IMG/VR virus record: IMGVR_UViG_3300032288_005833
Location: 1,231 to 65,230 of that record
Length of the DNA: 64,000 nucleotides
From: a virus
Taxonomy: Duplodnaviria > Caudoviricetes
Reading direction: 5' to 3' (one strand)
Shown piece after piece: positions 30,020 through 41,487 of this stretch. The notes beneath the pieces were generated by a model. The model was given only the letters and a program-made list of their open reading frames with translations, was not told the origin of the DNA and ran no database searches. Every line of letters begins with the position of its first letter. The first letter of the stretch is position 1. Position numbers and translations under genes: made by a program.

Positions 30020-32203
30020 ATGGCGAAAACCCCATTTATTAGGCCCTTACAAGTACAGGGTGGAACTTTTTACACATTTAGTTCTGCTGCAGAGGATCTT
30101 GCATTAACATTTAACAATACAGTAAATAAATTTAGATTTTCAAAATATGTTCTTTTGAATATTCCTGAATTTAGAGAGCCTCTGTATGGCGAAAATAGTA
30201 TTTTATTCAATACCATAGATTCCTCATTTTTGGATGTTGCTGAGGATTCTTTTACTATAGTAGACCCTAATAATCTTAGTCCTAATTTAGAAATATCATT
30301 TCAGAATTATTGTTTAAATCTGGAAGCATCTTTGGCTTCTAGCGAAAATTATAATCCCACATTAAAAAGAAATGTCTCTGAAAGAGTTTTTTGGAAGTGG
30401 ATGAAAGAAATGGGTGCTATTAGATTTAGACCTGCAAATTCAAGCGAAGTTATTCCAACATTAGATCAAAACTACACAGGTCTCTCTGGAGGATTTCCTT
30501 ATTCAGATAAAAGATGGACAGAAGAGGATGATTATTCAACGGGAAACGGAAGTTCTATACCAAGATATTCTAGAATTGTTAAATATATTGGAGAGTGTGA
30601 TATAGTTAACTCTGTACAACACAAGAATAATTCATACTCCGAAGTTTATATACACGTTCCAACAAGCGACGGACATACTCCGTTGGTCATGTTTAAAACA
30701 AAAGCCGACGAAAACTATTATCCTGGACAAATATTAACACATTCTCCTAACGATCCGTTAGACACTGAATATTTACAAGGAAGAAGTCACAATATAGGAT
30801 TATATGGTCCTAATGGATTTCCTACACTTGCAATTTTTGATCAGGATGTTATAGGTCAGCCAGGAATAACGGGAACTAACGCAGCTGGAAATGAATTTTT
30901 TACCCAATGGTATTATCCAAGAAACGTAGCCAATTCATATTATACAGATTCTTCTTTTTTCAGTTCAGATACTGATACAATAACTAAATATTTAAAAAAC
31001 GGAACATACGAGGTAGGATATAAAAGAAATAGATTAGACGGAATACAATTAGATTTCAATGCGGATAACTATAAACCAATAGTTGATAATCCATCTATTA
31101 GCACGATGGACGAATTTAACGGAACAATGGATTCTGCTTCTTTTGAATTTAATGCGATACTTCTTTATTATGATGTATACGATCCTAATAATCCAGCAGA
31201 TGCAGAAACAAATCTTTACGGTATTCTATTCCTTGAAGACATTGAGCCAATTTCAAATTCTGCAGGAAGAATACCTACATTCAAGAAATACAAGCCAGAT
31301 CCGATTACCAAACTTAACGGTAATTCATATGGCTTAAAGATAAATCTTAAATTTGATACCGATGTAGATAGCACTGGGGTTGAACTAGCAGTTAATGATT
31401 ATTCATCATTTTCTCTTTCCATGTTTATGGATGCTGCTAATGTGCTTCAGGAGGCTTCTAGAACACTTAATGATCAATCACTTGAAATGATCAATGTTGC
31501 TAGTAGAGTAACAGTTTTGGAGGATCTAGTTGTTACTATGGATGATAATACCTCCATAGGTGCAAGATTAACCTCATTAGAAAATGCTATGGTTGCTAAT
31601 CAGGCATTATTTAAAAACACCCAGGATATTTTAGGTCTAATAGAAAGAAATTATTCACTGACTAACGATCTTTTAAACGGAAGAACTAATATCAAGCTTT
31701 CTTATGACCTTGATCTTATTAAAAGTGGAGAAGGTATTAATGTTGATAGATCAGTACAAAACAGACTAATACTTAATAATACTGTACAACATTATAATAT
31801 TTCTGAAGATACTAATTATAATTTTACAATAAACGAAACTAGTGGTAATACATTAGTGCTAAATCCTTTTAACAATTATTACAAACATAGCAATTTTGGA
31901 TTAACCATCACATTGACTAATGATGTTATTATAAGAATTGATGACACAAACAGTCAATGGAAAAAAGGCCAAACTATCAGATTGGTTTTTGATGACAAAA
32001 TAGTTCTTGCTGGTAATAATATTCTTATGTACACAGATACAAAAGGAATATATCCGTTGAGCTCACCATCGGGGGTTGCTTATAGCAAACTAGTTGGGGG
32101 TTTCACACAAAGCATATTTGATTCTGCAGGCAATAAACCTATATTTGATATAGTTTGTGTCGACGAAAAGAATTTAGCTTTCGAAATAGATCAAATAAGA
32201 TAA
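30020..32203 (+). CDS. putative virion structural protein
   Basis: 727 aa within the structural operon; coiled coil near the C-terminal third. Confidence 0.55.
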   Translation: MAKTPFIRPLQVQGGTFYTFSSAAEDLALTFNNTVNKFRFSKYVLLNIPEFREPLYGENSILFNTIDSSFLDVAEDSFTIVDPNNLSPNLEISFQNYCLNLEASLASSENYNPTLKRNVSERVFWKWMKEMGAIRFRPANSSEVIPTLDQNYTGLSGGFPYSDKRWTEEDDYSTGNGSSIPRYSRIVKYIGECDIVNSVQHKNNSYSEVYIHVPTSDGHTPLVMFKTKADENYYPGQILTHSPNDPLDTEYLQGRSHNIGLYGPNGFPTLAIFDQDVIGQPGITGTNAAGNEFFTQWYYPRNVANSYYTDSSFFSSDTDTITKYLKNGTYEVGYKRNRLDGIQLDFNADNYKPIVDNPSISTMDEFNGTMDSASFEFNAILLYYDVYDPNNPADAETNLYGILFLEDIEPISNSAGRIPTFKKYKPDPITKLNGNSYGLKINLKFDTDVDSTGVELAVNDYSSFSLSMFMDAANVLQEASRTLNDQSLEMINVASRVTVLEDLVVTMDDNTSIGARLTSLENAMVANQALFKNTQDILGLIERNYSLTNDLLNGRTNIKLSYDLDLIKSGEGINVDRSVQNRLILNNTVQHYNISEDTNYNFTINETSGNTLVLNPFNNYYKHSNFGLTITLTNDVIIRIDDTNSQWKKGQTIRLVFDDKIVLAGNNILMYTDTKGIYPLSSPSGVAYSKLVGGFTQSIFDSAGNKPIFDIVCVDEKNLAFEIDQIR

Positions 32204-32204
32204 A

Positions 32205-35200
32205 ATGGCAGGTACTAAAAATTCAATAAGTTCTTTATTAGCTCAGTTTTTGAGACTTCAGAAAAATTCTCTGGAGATTATTAATAAGCTAAGTAATGCT
32301 ACAACTTCTAAGCAAGACACAGTTAATGTGGAATTTCTTGATGATAATAACGTCACGAGCATTATTCCAATTCCTTCTTGGGGTTACATTACAAACGAGA
32401 TTAAGAGATTAGATTCTAACATTAAGACGTTAAGTGGGTTGGATGATGGGAATGCGAATGTTAGAAATGCAGACGGTACAGTTTCCCGAATTTATCAAAC
32501 AAAACCTTTATTAGATCCTGTAGCCCCTAGTAATTTACAGGTACCTTCTAATTTTAAATTTAGAAGTAATCACTTCTTTGAAAGCTTTTTAAATCCTCTT
32601 CTTTTTGTATCATTCAGTTTGGATGGTCAGGTTGATGCTGGTACAAAAAGGGTTTTTATAAAAAGAATTATTGCTAACACAACAACGGATTCACAGAAAA
32701 ATTATTTCGATACTAACTTAAAGGGAAGAAATGATATTTCAGATTCAGATTTTATGAATGCCCTTTACAATCAGGGAATAACATATACAATAGACGAAAA
32801 TCCGGAAGATCTACCTTTACAAGTTATAAGATACAGCGGAACTTTTTCTGTTCTTAGAGTTTTTGATACAACACTACCCGTAACTGTTAGTGGTCAAATT
32901 ATTAATCAAACGGTTAGAAAATATAAATTAGATATAATTACATATAAAGATCTAATTTCAAGTTCATTAAATGCAGATCGCCAACTTAAAACTGGAGACG
33001 TATTAATGACAATAGGAGGAAGTAAATTTGAAATTACAAACGTAGATCTTTCCGAGTCTACTGTGGTTTTAAAAAGACTTAATGGATACGAACCAGTTCC
33101 TATTGGAAATAATGCACTCGTTTTAGCATCAGAAATGCTTTCTCCCCTTCAAGTTAATGTTAATATAGGTCATGATGAGAGACAAGCTATTTTTATTAAG
33201 TCAATAAATGACGAGAAACATGTAACAGGATCATCATATAGCAGAGGCGTAGTTTTTCATTCTAATGAGATGATGATTAATACCTCAGAAGGAACAATGA
33301 CACTTGATGAATTTTATAAAAATCAGGTAGCAGATTTTGGATCGCAGTTCTTAGCTAACACTAAAGAGAAAACAATACCTTCTGTTTATGGGTTAACCCC
33401 AAATTCACCAACTGTAGATTCTGCTAATTTTAAGGTTGTACAAATCAATAAGCAAATAACTCAGACAAATACTTCTGATAAGTTTACGAACACTGTACAA
33501 ACAAAAGTTAAACTTCAGAATGAGATAGATGCCCTTAATAAATCGATTGACCAAGCTAGAAGTGAAGTTGCCCAATTGGTTACAACATCGGTTACATCTT
33601 CTAATACGTCTAGTAGAGAAAGTTTAATTACTAAGATTGATACTTTAACAAGAGAAAAATCAACGAAGACTGCATTGTTACAAACGGTCATTCAAGATTT
33701 AAATAATATATCTTCTACCTCTCCTGAGATTTCAGAAACACCAAAGTATAGAGTTAGAGGATTTTGGCCTATACCTTCCCCGATTACCGATGGTAAAACT
33801 GGTAATCAAGATGTTATTCAATTTAGAGTTAGATATAGATATTTGACTAAACAAGGAAATTCTACAGCATCTGATGAAATTAAATTCAAAGACAACGACG
33901 GAACAGAAAGAAGAGCAACATATAGTAACTGGGTAGAATACAAAACAGATATTAGAAAGAAAGGTTACAATAGTACAACTAAGAAATATTACTGGTTAGA
34001 TGAGGACGTTCAGAATGCTGATGTCCCTAATATTAACCAATTGGACATTCCTATAACAGCAGGAGAAAAAGTTGAGATTAAAGTTGCTTCTGTTTCAGAA
34101 GCTGGCTGGCCTACTAATCCATTAGAATCTGATTTCTCAACCCCAATCACTATTGGATTTCCGGAAGAATTAACTACAGCAAGTGGAAACGAGCAATACG
34201 TCAAACAAAATTCTAATGATCAGATTTTAGTTTCTTTGCAACAAGATCTATCTGCTAAAGGTTTGGATTCACACTTATCAACTGCTTTTAATAGTGGCGA
34301 CAAATATTACTCACACGTTGCTGATACTATTTCTTCTGGATTTTTTGATGGAACAACAGGTAAAGCTTTAGACCTTTATCAAAAGCTACTTTCAATGGAT
34401 CAAGAAATTGCATCACTTAAAGCTCTGATTGCTGTTGCTAAAGGTGTACTATCTGTTTATGTTACATACGGTACAGGAGCAAATGCTACTTCAATCAACG
34501 TTAAAAGAGGATCTTTAGTAGAACTATTTGCTGGATATTATAGCGAACTTCTAGATCTTACTACAGACACATCTAAGTGGGGAAAGATCATTTCAAATTC
34601 TTACACAATAGAATTAAGAAACGATACAGCTTCACCACTAGAACTATCATCGTCTATCCCTGGAGGACAAAGTATTATTGCTCTTTCCAGTGGTGCTACA
34701 GGAGACGGAAGTGCAGACTACAAAAACTTTAGAAAATATGATTTAACCCCAATTTCTTTAACTAGTGTTAAATCATCTGATATAACAGTTGGATTGATTA
34801 CGGTTTCTACTTTTGTACATGCTGCTCCGTTCCAATCTGCAAATTCAAATTCACAATTCGTTTATACAAGATACAAATCGGTTGGATATGATGAAGATTT
34901 ATTTTTTCAGCCAATAACAAATGTGGTGTGGAATGAAGACACCGGAATTTCTGGTCAACCAGTACATCACGGAACTATACTTCCTTTCAATCCGACTGGA
35001 GCTACCACACCTGGATCTTCCAATGCAAATGTTTGGTCTGGTACGTATAATGCAGGTGCTCCTGTTGGTAGTGGAAAACTTAATGAATTATGTGTTCATA
35101 TAAGCCATCCTGCTATAACATATGAGGCAACACAGTCTTCTCCTAAAACGTTTAAAGAATTGGTTAAACCGGCTCAGCCTTCACCAGGATCTAAGGGGTT

Positions 35201-35765
35201 TGTATATCCCGAATTTAGACATGCAGCAGGATTTGAAGCAGCAATAACCGACGTTACCCCTCAATATCCTTCTAATCAGACTAAGCCTTATCAGCAATTA
35301 GGCTATACCTTAATTAAAACCAACGTTTACGGAATTGGAGGTGATAATCACTCTTATCCGGAAAAATTAGGATTTTCAACCAACGATGAGTATCTGATAG
35401 GAAAATATTCATGTGGAGCTTATCTGTTTATGGCACCATCTAGCCATGCACCTATTCAAGTAGAAGGATCAACTTCATTAGCAACTAAGGTACTTTCACC
35501 AGGAGCTCAAAATGCAATAGTTATACCGGTTTTATTTCAAATGAGATGTCAGGACAAGCTAGGATATATTGGAGGATATAGAGCCAGTGGAACAATTAGA
35601 AATATTACCTATACCAAAAGAATAGGGATAGATATAAAGGTAAGTAACGAAGAGATATTCTCTTTTGATTTATCAGTTTCAGGAAGCTATACTAAATCTG
35701 CTTTAGCTTCTCCTACTTATTCAAGTTTCAAGGATACGTTAGGAGTTAAGAGATTTAACAACTAA
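32205..35765 (+). CDS. putative virion structural protein
   Basis: 1186 aa with coiled-coil and beta-rich regions; 1 nt gap after the previous gene. Confidence 0.55.
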   Translation: MAGTKNSISSLLAQFLRLQKNSLEIINKLSNATTSKQDTVNVEFLDDNNVTSIIPIPSWGYITNEIKRLDSNIKTLSGLDDGNANVRNADGTVSRIYQTKPLLDPVAPSNLQVPSNFKFRSNHFFESFLNPLLFVSFSLDGQVDAGTKRVFIKRIIANTTTDSQKNYFDTNLKGRNDISDSDFMNALYNQGITYTIDENPEDLPLQVIRYSGTFSVLRVFDTTLPVTVSGQIINQTVRKYKLDIITYKDLISSSLNADRQLKTGDVLMTIGGSKFEITNVDLSESTVVLKRLNGYEPVPIGNNALVLASEMLSPLQVNVNIGHDERQAIFIKSINDEKHVTGSSYSRGVVFHSNEMMINTSEGTMTLDEFYKNQVADFGSQFLANTKEKTIPSVYGLTPNSPTVDSANFKVVQINKQITQTNTSDKFTNTVQTKVKLQNEIDALNKSIDQARSEVAQLVTTSVTSSNTSSRESLITKIDTLTREKSTKTALLQTVIQDLNNISSTSPEISETPKYRVRGFWPIPSPITDGKTGNQDVIQFRVRYRYLTKQGNSTASDEIKFKDNDGTERRATYSNWVEYKTDIRKKGYNSTTKKYYWLDEDVQNADVPNINQLDIPITAGEKVEIKVASVSEAGWPTNPLESDFSTPITIGFPEELTTASGNEQYVKQNSNDQILVSLQQDLSAKGLDSHLSTAFNSGDKYYSHVADTISSGFFDGTTGKALDLYQKLLSMDQEIASLKALIAVAKGVLSVYVTYGTGANATSINVKRGSLVELFAGYYSELLDLTTDTSKWGKIISNSYTIELRNDTASPLELSSSIPGGQSIIALSSGATGDGSADYKNFRKYDLTPISLTSVKSSDITVGLITVSTFVHAAPFQSANSNSQFVYTRYKSVGYDEDLFFQPITNVVWNEDTGISGQPVHHGTILPFNPTGATTPGSSNANVWSGTYNAGAPVGSGKLNELCVHISHPAITYEATQSSPKTFKELVKPAQPSPGSKGFVYPEFRHAAGFEAAITDVTPQYPSNQTKPYQQLGYTLIKTNVYGIGGDNHSYPEKLGFSTNDEYLIGKYSCGAYLFMAPSSHAPIQVEGSTSLATKVLSPGAQNAIVIPVLFQMRCQDKLGYIGGYRASGTIRNITYTKRIGIDIKVSNEEIFSFDLSVSGSYTKSALASPTYSSFKDTLGVKRFNN

Positions 35766-35780
35766 AAAGGATAACTAAGA

Positions 35781-38700
35781 ATGGCAGAGAAAAAAGACAA
35801 GTATAAATCTTCCTTCGGTATTATAAGAGCTAATCCCAGAATTTCTGGTAATCTTAAAATTAGCGTAGATTCCACCGAAAATATCTGGTTAAATTCTATT
35901 GATTCGAATGATGAAATGTCTAAGAATCAATATAAAGGATATAGACTATCCTCGGAAGGGAATTTTGCTCATGATGTATATTCTTTTTTTAATAACGGAA
36001 AAACCCCAACCAATTTTATATTCGGTGTAAGGGGTGAGGAAACTGTTAAAGAAAATTTTGTTTCAGCATTAGTTGATCAGTATGATGGATTTTATCATAC
36101 CGGTGTAACCCCTTTGGTCTCTGATGTTTATAGCGAAAGTTTTTCGTACTTAGCCCCTTTATGGTTAGGTAAGGATATACCAAAATATTTCGTTGTTTTT
36201 AGAATAGACGACCCTATAGATTTTTCATATGTTGTAAAAGTAACCTCGTTAGAAGTTGGTAAAAATTATAAAGTTATAGAAGACTATGGTATTGATACAA
36301 CTACATTAACATATCAACAGTACAAGATAAAAAGTGATGGTAATGAATACTCCTCTGGAAGTATATTTACCGCAACACTAACCGATTTTACAATAATTTC
36401 TGGAACGGGAAGCGTAGTATTACTAGATTCTAATTACAACGTTCCAAATGTTGGAGATATACAAACCCATTTTATAGAAAATATACTTCCTAAGTCTTCT
36501 ATAGTTTCTACTTTTTCCCTGCAGAAAGATAGTAAAATAGGAAAGTATATTAGAAATATACAAAATAATTCAGGATACACACAATCACTAATTGATGTTA
36601 GATTTGAAAAAAACGCATTAAGTACTTATAATGGTGTTTCTGTACCCGATGGTGTTTATTGTAAAAAGGGAGAATATTTAAATTCTCTTTTTACTAATGA
36701 TTCCACCATGATAGAATTTGATCAGATTATAACGGATGGATTTAAAAGAAATGATGTCATATCATATAATCTTTTAAATCTAGAATTTTTATTTGATGAT
36801 AGTGATGCAGATCTTTATACCATTAATAGATATTATGGATTATATGTAGATGATATCCCTACCGGAAAATTTCAATTATCTGGTGATCTTTTTTATGATA
36901 AATCTACTAGCAAAGGAAATTTTCCTGAACCTAAATCTTCTTTGCAAATTTCCAAACAAATGCTTAATTCTTTCTATCAAAACAATGATAATGGGATTAG
37001 ACTTTTTATGGATCCTGATTCTAAATGGGGTCATATACCATCTTCCGAAAATATACACGTTGATGATAGACTTAAGTATTTTTATATAAAAGATAAGAAT
37101 AATAAGTTCTATTCATACAAACAAGTAAAGGATCACAGTAGCGATACATCAAACCTGAATGAATGGGGAGAAAATACGGACCAGAATGATTTAATAATTT
37201 TAAAAAACAAGACTTTAGATGTTTCAGTTTTTGCTGGTATAGATAAAACTAAAACAAAAGAGTACAAAGGGATATTAGCAAAAACCGGTGGCAGATCCTA
37301 TATGGTTATTAAAATATCAGGTGAGTTACTTCCGAATGATGCTATTGTATTATACCATCCTTTTGGGGAGAATAAAATAGGCAATAAAAGATATGATTAT
37401 TTTGTTGCCTCTGAATTAACTTATGCTATAAACGGATGGGGTCCGGGCAGTCATATTGATGATAGCGGTGCATATTATTTTCACCCATTCGGTACCAATG
37501 AAGAAATAGCTAAAGCATTAGCAGGAGCTATTAATAGCGTTAATTATAAGTCATACAAAGTTTTTAATATAGGCGACGAGGTTATTATAAGATCTGAGGG
37601 AAGTGATCATAGAAATGATGACGTTTTTTCAGTTTTTGTATATAAAGATTTTTACGCTAAAGAAAAATTTGATAGAAGAGGAAAAATATATCTTAATAGC
37701 GTTGATGGCATAGATCTTACTAATTATTTAAATTTTATTGGAGGTTCTGAACATAATAATACTAGGGTTAAAATAAAGGCTGAAGACTCAAATAAATTAT
37801 CTACTGAGACAAGTTATATCAGGACAAATTTTGGTCTATCTAAAGTTAAATTTGTAGGAAAATTTATAGATGAAACTGAAGATGAATTATCATATTATAC
37901 TATTAAAGACTATACAAGTCATGCAATAGTAGAAATCCAGGATAATACACACACTATATTATTAGGGACTAGTAATACTATCATAGTCGAAGAGCTTGTT
38001 GAAATAGAAACTGGGGTATTTTCTATGTATGGGGTTAAAGATCTAGATATAGATTTTTGGTCAAGTACATACGGTAGAACACCGACCGAAGAATACTATA
38101 GATATATTGACATACAGCCGGATGGAATATCTACAATTTACCCAGGAATAGATTATGCAGTAGCTGGAGGAACAAGCATATTATATAATGGTACAACCTA
38201 CGGACCTAATTCTGATTTTATTTTCAGAGGGGTAACAGGATCAACTAGTTATAAACTTCTTGGTCAGTCTAATCTTGCAAGATTTAATGTGGTACCTACC
38301 ATGTATATTAATTCACCATTGACTATATCTGGGGGAAATAACGATCCACATATAGACCTTGATAAATTTCCAGGATTTCTTGGAATTCAAGATATTAAAT
38401 TTCTTGATGATGCTTCCTCTATTTACACCAAGAAAGATCAGATGAATTTTGGTAAGGTTGATACTGAATATGATGTTTTAAAAGAAAATTATTTAAGAAA
38501 TTTCGTTACACTATCTAGAATAACACCCTATATTACTAAATGGGTTTATAATGGAGGTGTAGATGTTAGAGGCAACGATTATAGGCTTAATTCTAGTCCT
38601 GCATTTACCCCTTTAAATTTCTCTCCTAGCTTCTTTGGGCAAAATAGAGATCCTTTATATTTTACAAATGAATGGTATTTATTAGAAAATCCTCCAATAG

Positions 38701-41456
38701 ATTCTCCAGCTAATCTTTTAAAAAATAGCTCAAGCTATTGCGTAGGAAATATTGATATGGAATCTATTAAAAATGCAGATCCTTCACTAGAAGATTATTT
38801 TGTAAATTATTTTACTATAGACGGTGAAGATTTTTATAATCTTAATAATATTAAATTTAGTGACGTTAGAAATAGACCATCAGATCAATTATACACTTAT
38901 TTTTCTTATGATTCTGCTTCTGGATTTTCAGAAACTCTTTTTAGAGGGGTTAAAGTTAGAATTAAAGAAAGAACCGATGCATCTCTTCAGACTAAAGAAA
39001 AGAATCTTTTCAAATTAAATGATTCAAAATTTGAAGGATATAAATTCTCATGTGTATTAAAATCTATAGATGATCCTGATCCATACACTGTAACATCTCC
39101 ATTAACTTTTAATGTTCATCAGAACGATCAATTTAAGACGGTGACACTTGTAATAACCATCGTTAACAACGATCTTAGATTCGTAGACCCTGTAAAATTT
39201 AGAACTATTATTGGAAATGTAAACGGGGATGCAAATAAAGTTTTTGAAACTGCTACAGGATCTTGGTTTTATAATGCTACTGGAATATATGGCGGTGTTG
39301 ATTATTTTGGATTATACTCAGTTAGTAGTAAATATAAACATGGTGTTTCACTAGGATCGGGTAGTACCGAATATGCTAGATTGAATAACGGTGGATATCT
39401 TTCCTCTAATATAGGAAATGTAAAATTAACTTCAGCATTAAACGTAACAAGAAGGGCAACTATAGGATTTTCTTCTTTAGTTGACGAAACAACAACAGCA
39501 GGATCTGGAATTGTTGCAATTGCAGTTAATCCTAATTATGATACTGATTTAAGAGAGGAGGTTAAATTTTTCGACCCAATAACTCCTGTTATAGGAACTG
39601 GATCAAGACCTAGTACGTTTAGATCTCCATACACTTTATTTTCTCCAAGGCCTGATGTTAATGGAGGATATTGGTTCAGAACCCCTTGGATTTCTGGTGT
39701 TGGAAAGAACTATGTCAATTATAGCGAAGTTAATTATACTGCAGGTGTTGGGTATTTCTTCGATTTTACTAGCTTGGGATATCCATTTTTTAATGGATAC
39801 ACCAATGTTCCTATTAGTGCTTCTTATAGTTCAATGAAAGATAGGGCTGCTTATCAATTTTCAGCCGGGGAGAATTATTGGGAAGCATTATTAAATAAGA
39901 TAACATTCTCTGAAATTTATAGAATATTCATCGAAGACAGTAGTTATATAAACTATACTAAATCTACGTGGGATGATACAACACAAACAACTATAATAAC
40001 AGATAACACATTTGTTCTTGATTTTGTAAAGCCATCATCTTTTATACAAGATGCTAGAAAAATACCTATAGAGGAAGATTATAAACCAGAATCATATTCA
40101 AACACAAATGTTGGATATAAATTAGTTCAGGAGAGTGCAATCACCGAATTCTTTAGATATGGCGGTGGATATGTTCCTAAGTTTAAGGATGTTTTATTAT
40201 TTGATAATATAAAGAATGATAGGCTTTCAACTGACAAAAATCCTTTAACGTCTCCAAATCCGAATGTCTTAGATGTTTTAGTGAAACTTCAATTAAAAAC
40301 GCTAACGTCAAAATATTACGGAATAGGGTCTGCGTATGAGATATTAATAGATGGCGTTACAAGAAAAAAATTAAGATTAGTTAAAGGAAATTCGTATAAT
40401 TTTATATTTGAAAATTTCTCAAGACTTTCTTCTTCTAATTCAGGTCTTAAGAAAAATTTTGCTATCTCCTATGTCATAAATTCTGGCGAATCTTACAATC
40501 TTTATACTGATGGATTTTCTTACACCAGCGACACTACAGCCTTATTTGTAGTACCGCAAGATTCACCTGATAAAATCTATTATGAAATAGAGAGCGAAAA
40601 TTTTGCAGGAGATTCTGCATTAGTTCTTGAATCCTTAGAATATAAAAATGTAACGCTCGGTGTGAATAAAGATTCATTTGCTAAAGTTAAGAATCTTAAT
40701 TTTTACAAATATGCTAAGTCTAATCCATTTGGAATAGATGCTCAATCCGGGTATAAACCCCAATATCCATTGATAGGAGAAACCCCTATTGATAAAAGGG
40801 ATATGTTTATTTTTGAGAGTACTTGGGATGCTGGAAGATATAGAGAATACTTTGCACCTACAGCATATCAATATGTTCCAGGAGTGAAGAATATGCTAGA
40901 ACAAAAATCTTTCTTTGGTAGTAAAGTTATGAAGACCCCAAATCTCATAAAGCAGCCAATGCAATTAAAGTATCCTTCTACGCTGAGCGATGTTTTCAAT
41001 CTTAATATTGATCTCTATCCTAAATATGAAATTTTATGGGAAGAAACCGATACAGAAATAAAAGCATTATTACTAATAGATAGAACAGCAGTTAAACACT
41101 TTCAGGATGGGGGAATAGATAAGAAATTCTCTGAGCTTCTAATTTCTGAATTTGGCGTGGGAAATGAGACTATTTTAACTGATGATGCGGATGAGTATAT
41201 TAAAAACAACATATTGCCGCAGTATGAAGCCAAAGAAGTATTGGTTTTTGTAAAAAAAATAAAGGTAACGGAGGGTGTAGATCTTCAGCCAGTAATAACC
41301 GATTTATCAGATTACCAGAAGATATCTACAGGATTTATTAAATCTGCTAATAATGATATTAAAAAGAGAGGTTCTCTTGCATATGAATATAAATTACAAA
41401 AGGATCCTTCCTTTGACTACTCAGTAGCGTTCTCTTTTGTAGTCGGAAAAATATAA
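35781..41456 (+). CDS. large putative virion structural protein
   Basis: 1891 aa; contains an LRLVKGNSYNF...FVVPQDSPDKIYY module resembling those of T4-like virion proteins. Confidence 0.55.
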   Translation: MAEKKDKYKSSFGIIRANPRISGNLKISVDSTENIWLNSIDSNDEMSKNQYKGYRLSSEGNFAHDVYSFFNNGKTPTNFIFGVRGEETVKENFVSALVDQYDGFYHTGVTPLVSDVYSESFSYLAPLWLGKDIPKYFVVFRIDDPIDFSYVVKVTSLEVGKNYKVIEDYGIDTTTLTYQQYKIKSDGNEYSSGSIFTATLTDFTIISGTGSVVLLDSNYNVPNVGDIQTHFIENILPKSSIVSTFSLQKDSKIGKYIRNIQNNSGYTQSLIDVRFEKNALSTYNGVSVPDGVYCKKGEYLNSLFTNDSTMIEFDQIITDGFKRNDVISYNLLNLEFLFDDSDADLYTINRYYGLYVDDIPTGKFQLSGDLFYDKSTSKGNFPEPKSSLQISKQMLNSFYQNNDNGIRLFMDPDSKWGHIPSSENIHVDDRLKYFYIKDKNNKFYSYKQVKDHSSDTSNLNEWGENTDQNDLIILKNKTLDVSVFAGIDKTKTKEYKGILAKTGGRSYMVIKISGELLPNDAIVLYHPFGENKIGNKRYDYFVASELTYAINGWGPGSHIDDSGAYYFHPFGTNEEIAKALAGAINSVNYKSYKVFNIGDEVIIRSEGSDHRNDDVFSVFVYKDFYAKEKFDRRGKIYLNSVDGIDLTNYLNFIGGSEHNNTRVKIKAEDSNKLSTETSYIRTNFGLSKVKFVGKFIDETEDELSYYTIKDYTSHAIVEIQDNTHTILLGTSNTIIVEELVEIETGVFSMYGVKDLDIDFWSSTYGRTPTEEYYRYIDIQPDGISTIYPGIDYAVAGGTSILYNGTTYGPNSDFIFRGVTGSTSYKLLGQSNLARFNVVPTMYINSPLTISGGNNDPHIDLDKFPGFLGIQDIKFLDDASSIYTKKDQMNFGKVDTEYDVLKENYLRNFVTLSRITPYITKWVYNGGVDVRGNDYRLNSSPAFTPLNFSPSFFGQNRDPLYFTNEWYLLENPPIDSPANLLKNSSSYCVGNIDMESIKNADPSLEDYFVNYFTIDGEDFYNLNNIKFSDVRNRPSDQLYTYFSYDSASGFSETLFRGVKVRIKERTDASLQTKEKNLFKLNDSKFEGYKFSCVLKSIDDPDPYTVTSPLTFNVHQNDQFKTVTLVITIVNNDLRFVDPVKFRTIIGNVNGDANKVFETATGSWFYNATGIYGGVDYFGLYSVSSKYKHGVSLGSGSTEYARLNNGGYLSSNIGNVKLTSALNVTRRATIGFSSLVDETTTAGSGIVAIAVNPNYDTDLREEVKFFDPITPVIGTGSRPSTFRSPYTLFSPRPDVNGGYWFRTPWISGVGKNYVNYSEVNYTAGVGYFFDFTSLGYPFFNGYTNVPISASYSSMKDRAAYQFSAGENYWEALLNKITFSEIYRIFIEDSSYINYTKSTWDDTTQTTIITDNTFVLDFVKPSSFIQDARKIPIEEDYKPESYSNTNVGYKLVQESAITEFFRYGGGYVPKFKDVLLFDNIKNDRLSTDKNPLTSPNPNVLDVLVKLQLKTLTSKYYGIGSAYEILIDGVTRKKLRLVKGNSYNFIFENFSRLSSSNSGLKKNFAISYVINSGESYNLYTDGFSYTSDTTALFVVPQDSPDKIYYEIESENFAGDSALVLESLEYKNVTLGVNKDSFAKVKNLNFYKYAKSNPFGIDAQSGYKPQYPLIGETPIDKRDMFIFESTWDAGRYREYFAPTAYQYVPGVKNMLEQKSFFGSKVMKTPNLIKQPMQLKYPSTLSDVFNLNIDLYPKYEILWEETDTEIKALLLIDRTAVKHFQDGGIDKKFSELLISEFGVGNETILTDDADEYIKNNILPQYEAKEVLVFVKKIKVTEGVDLQPVITDLSDYQKISTGFIKSANNDIKKRGSLAYEYKLQKDPSFDYSVAFSFVVGKI

Positions 41457-41460
41457 GGGA

Positions 41461-41471
41461 GATATATATAA
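41461..41471 (+). promoter_or_regulatory. late-promoter-like motif GATATATATAA
   Basis: intergenic, upstream of the fibre gene at 41488. Confidence 0.6.
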
Positions 41472-41487
41472 AAAGTAATACTTAGAG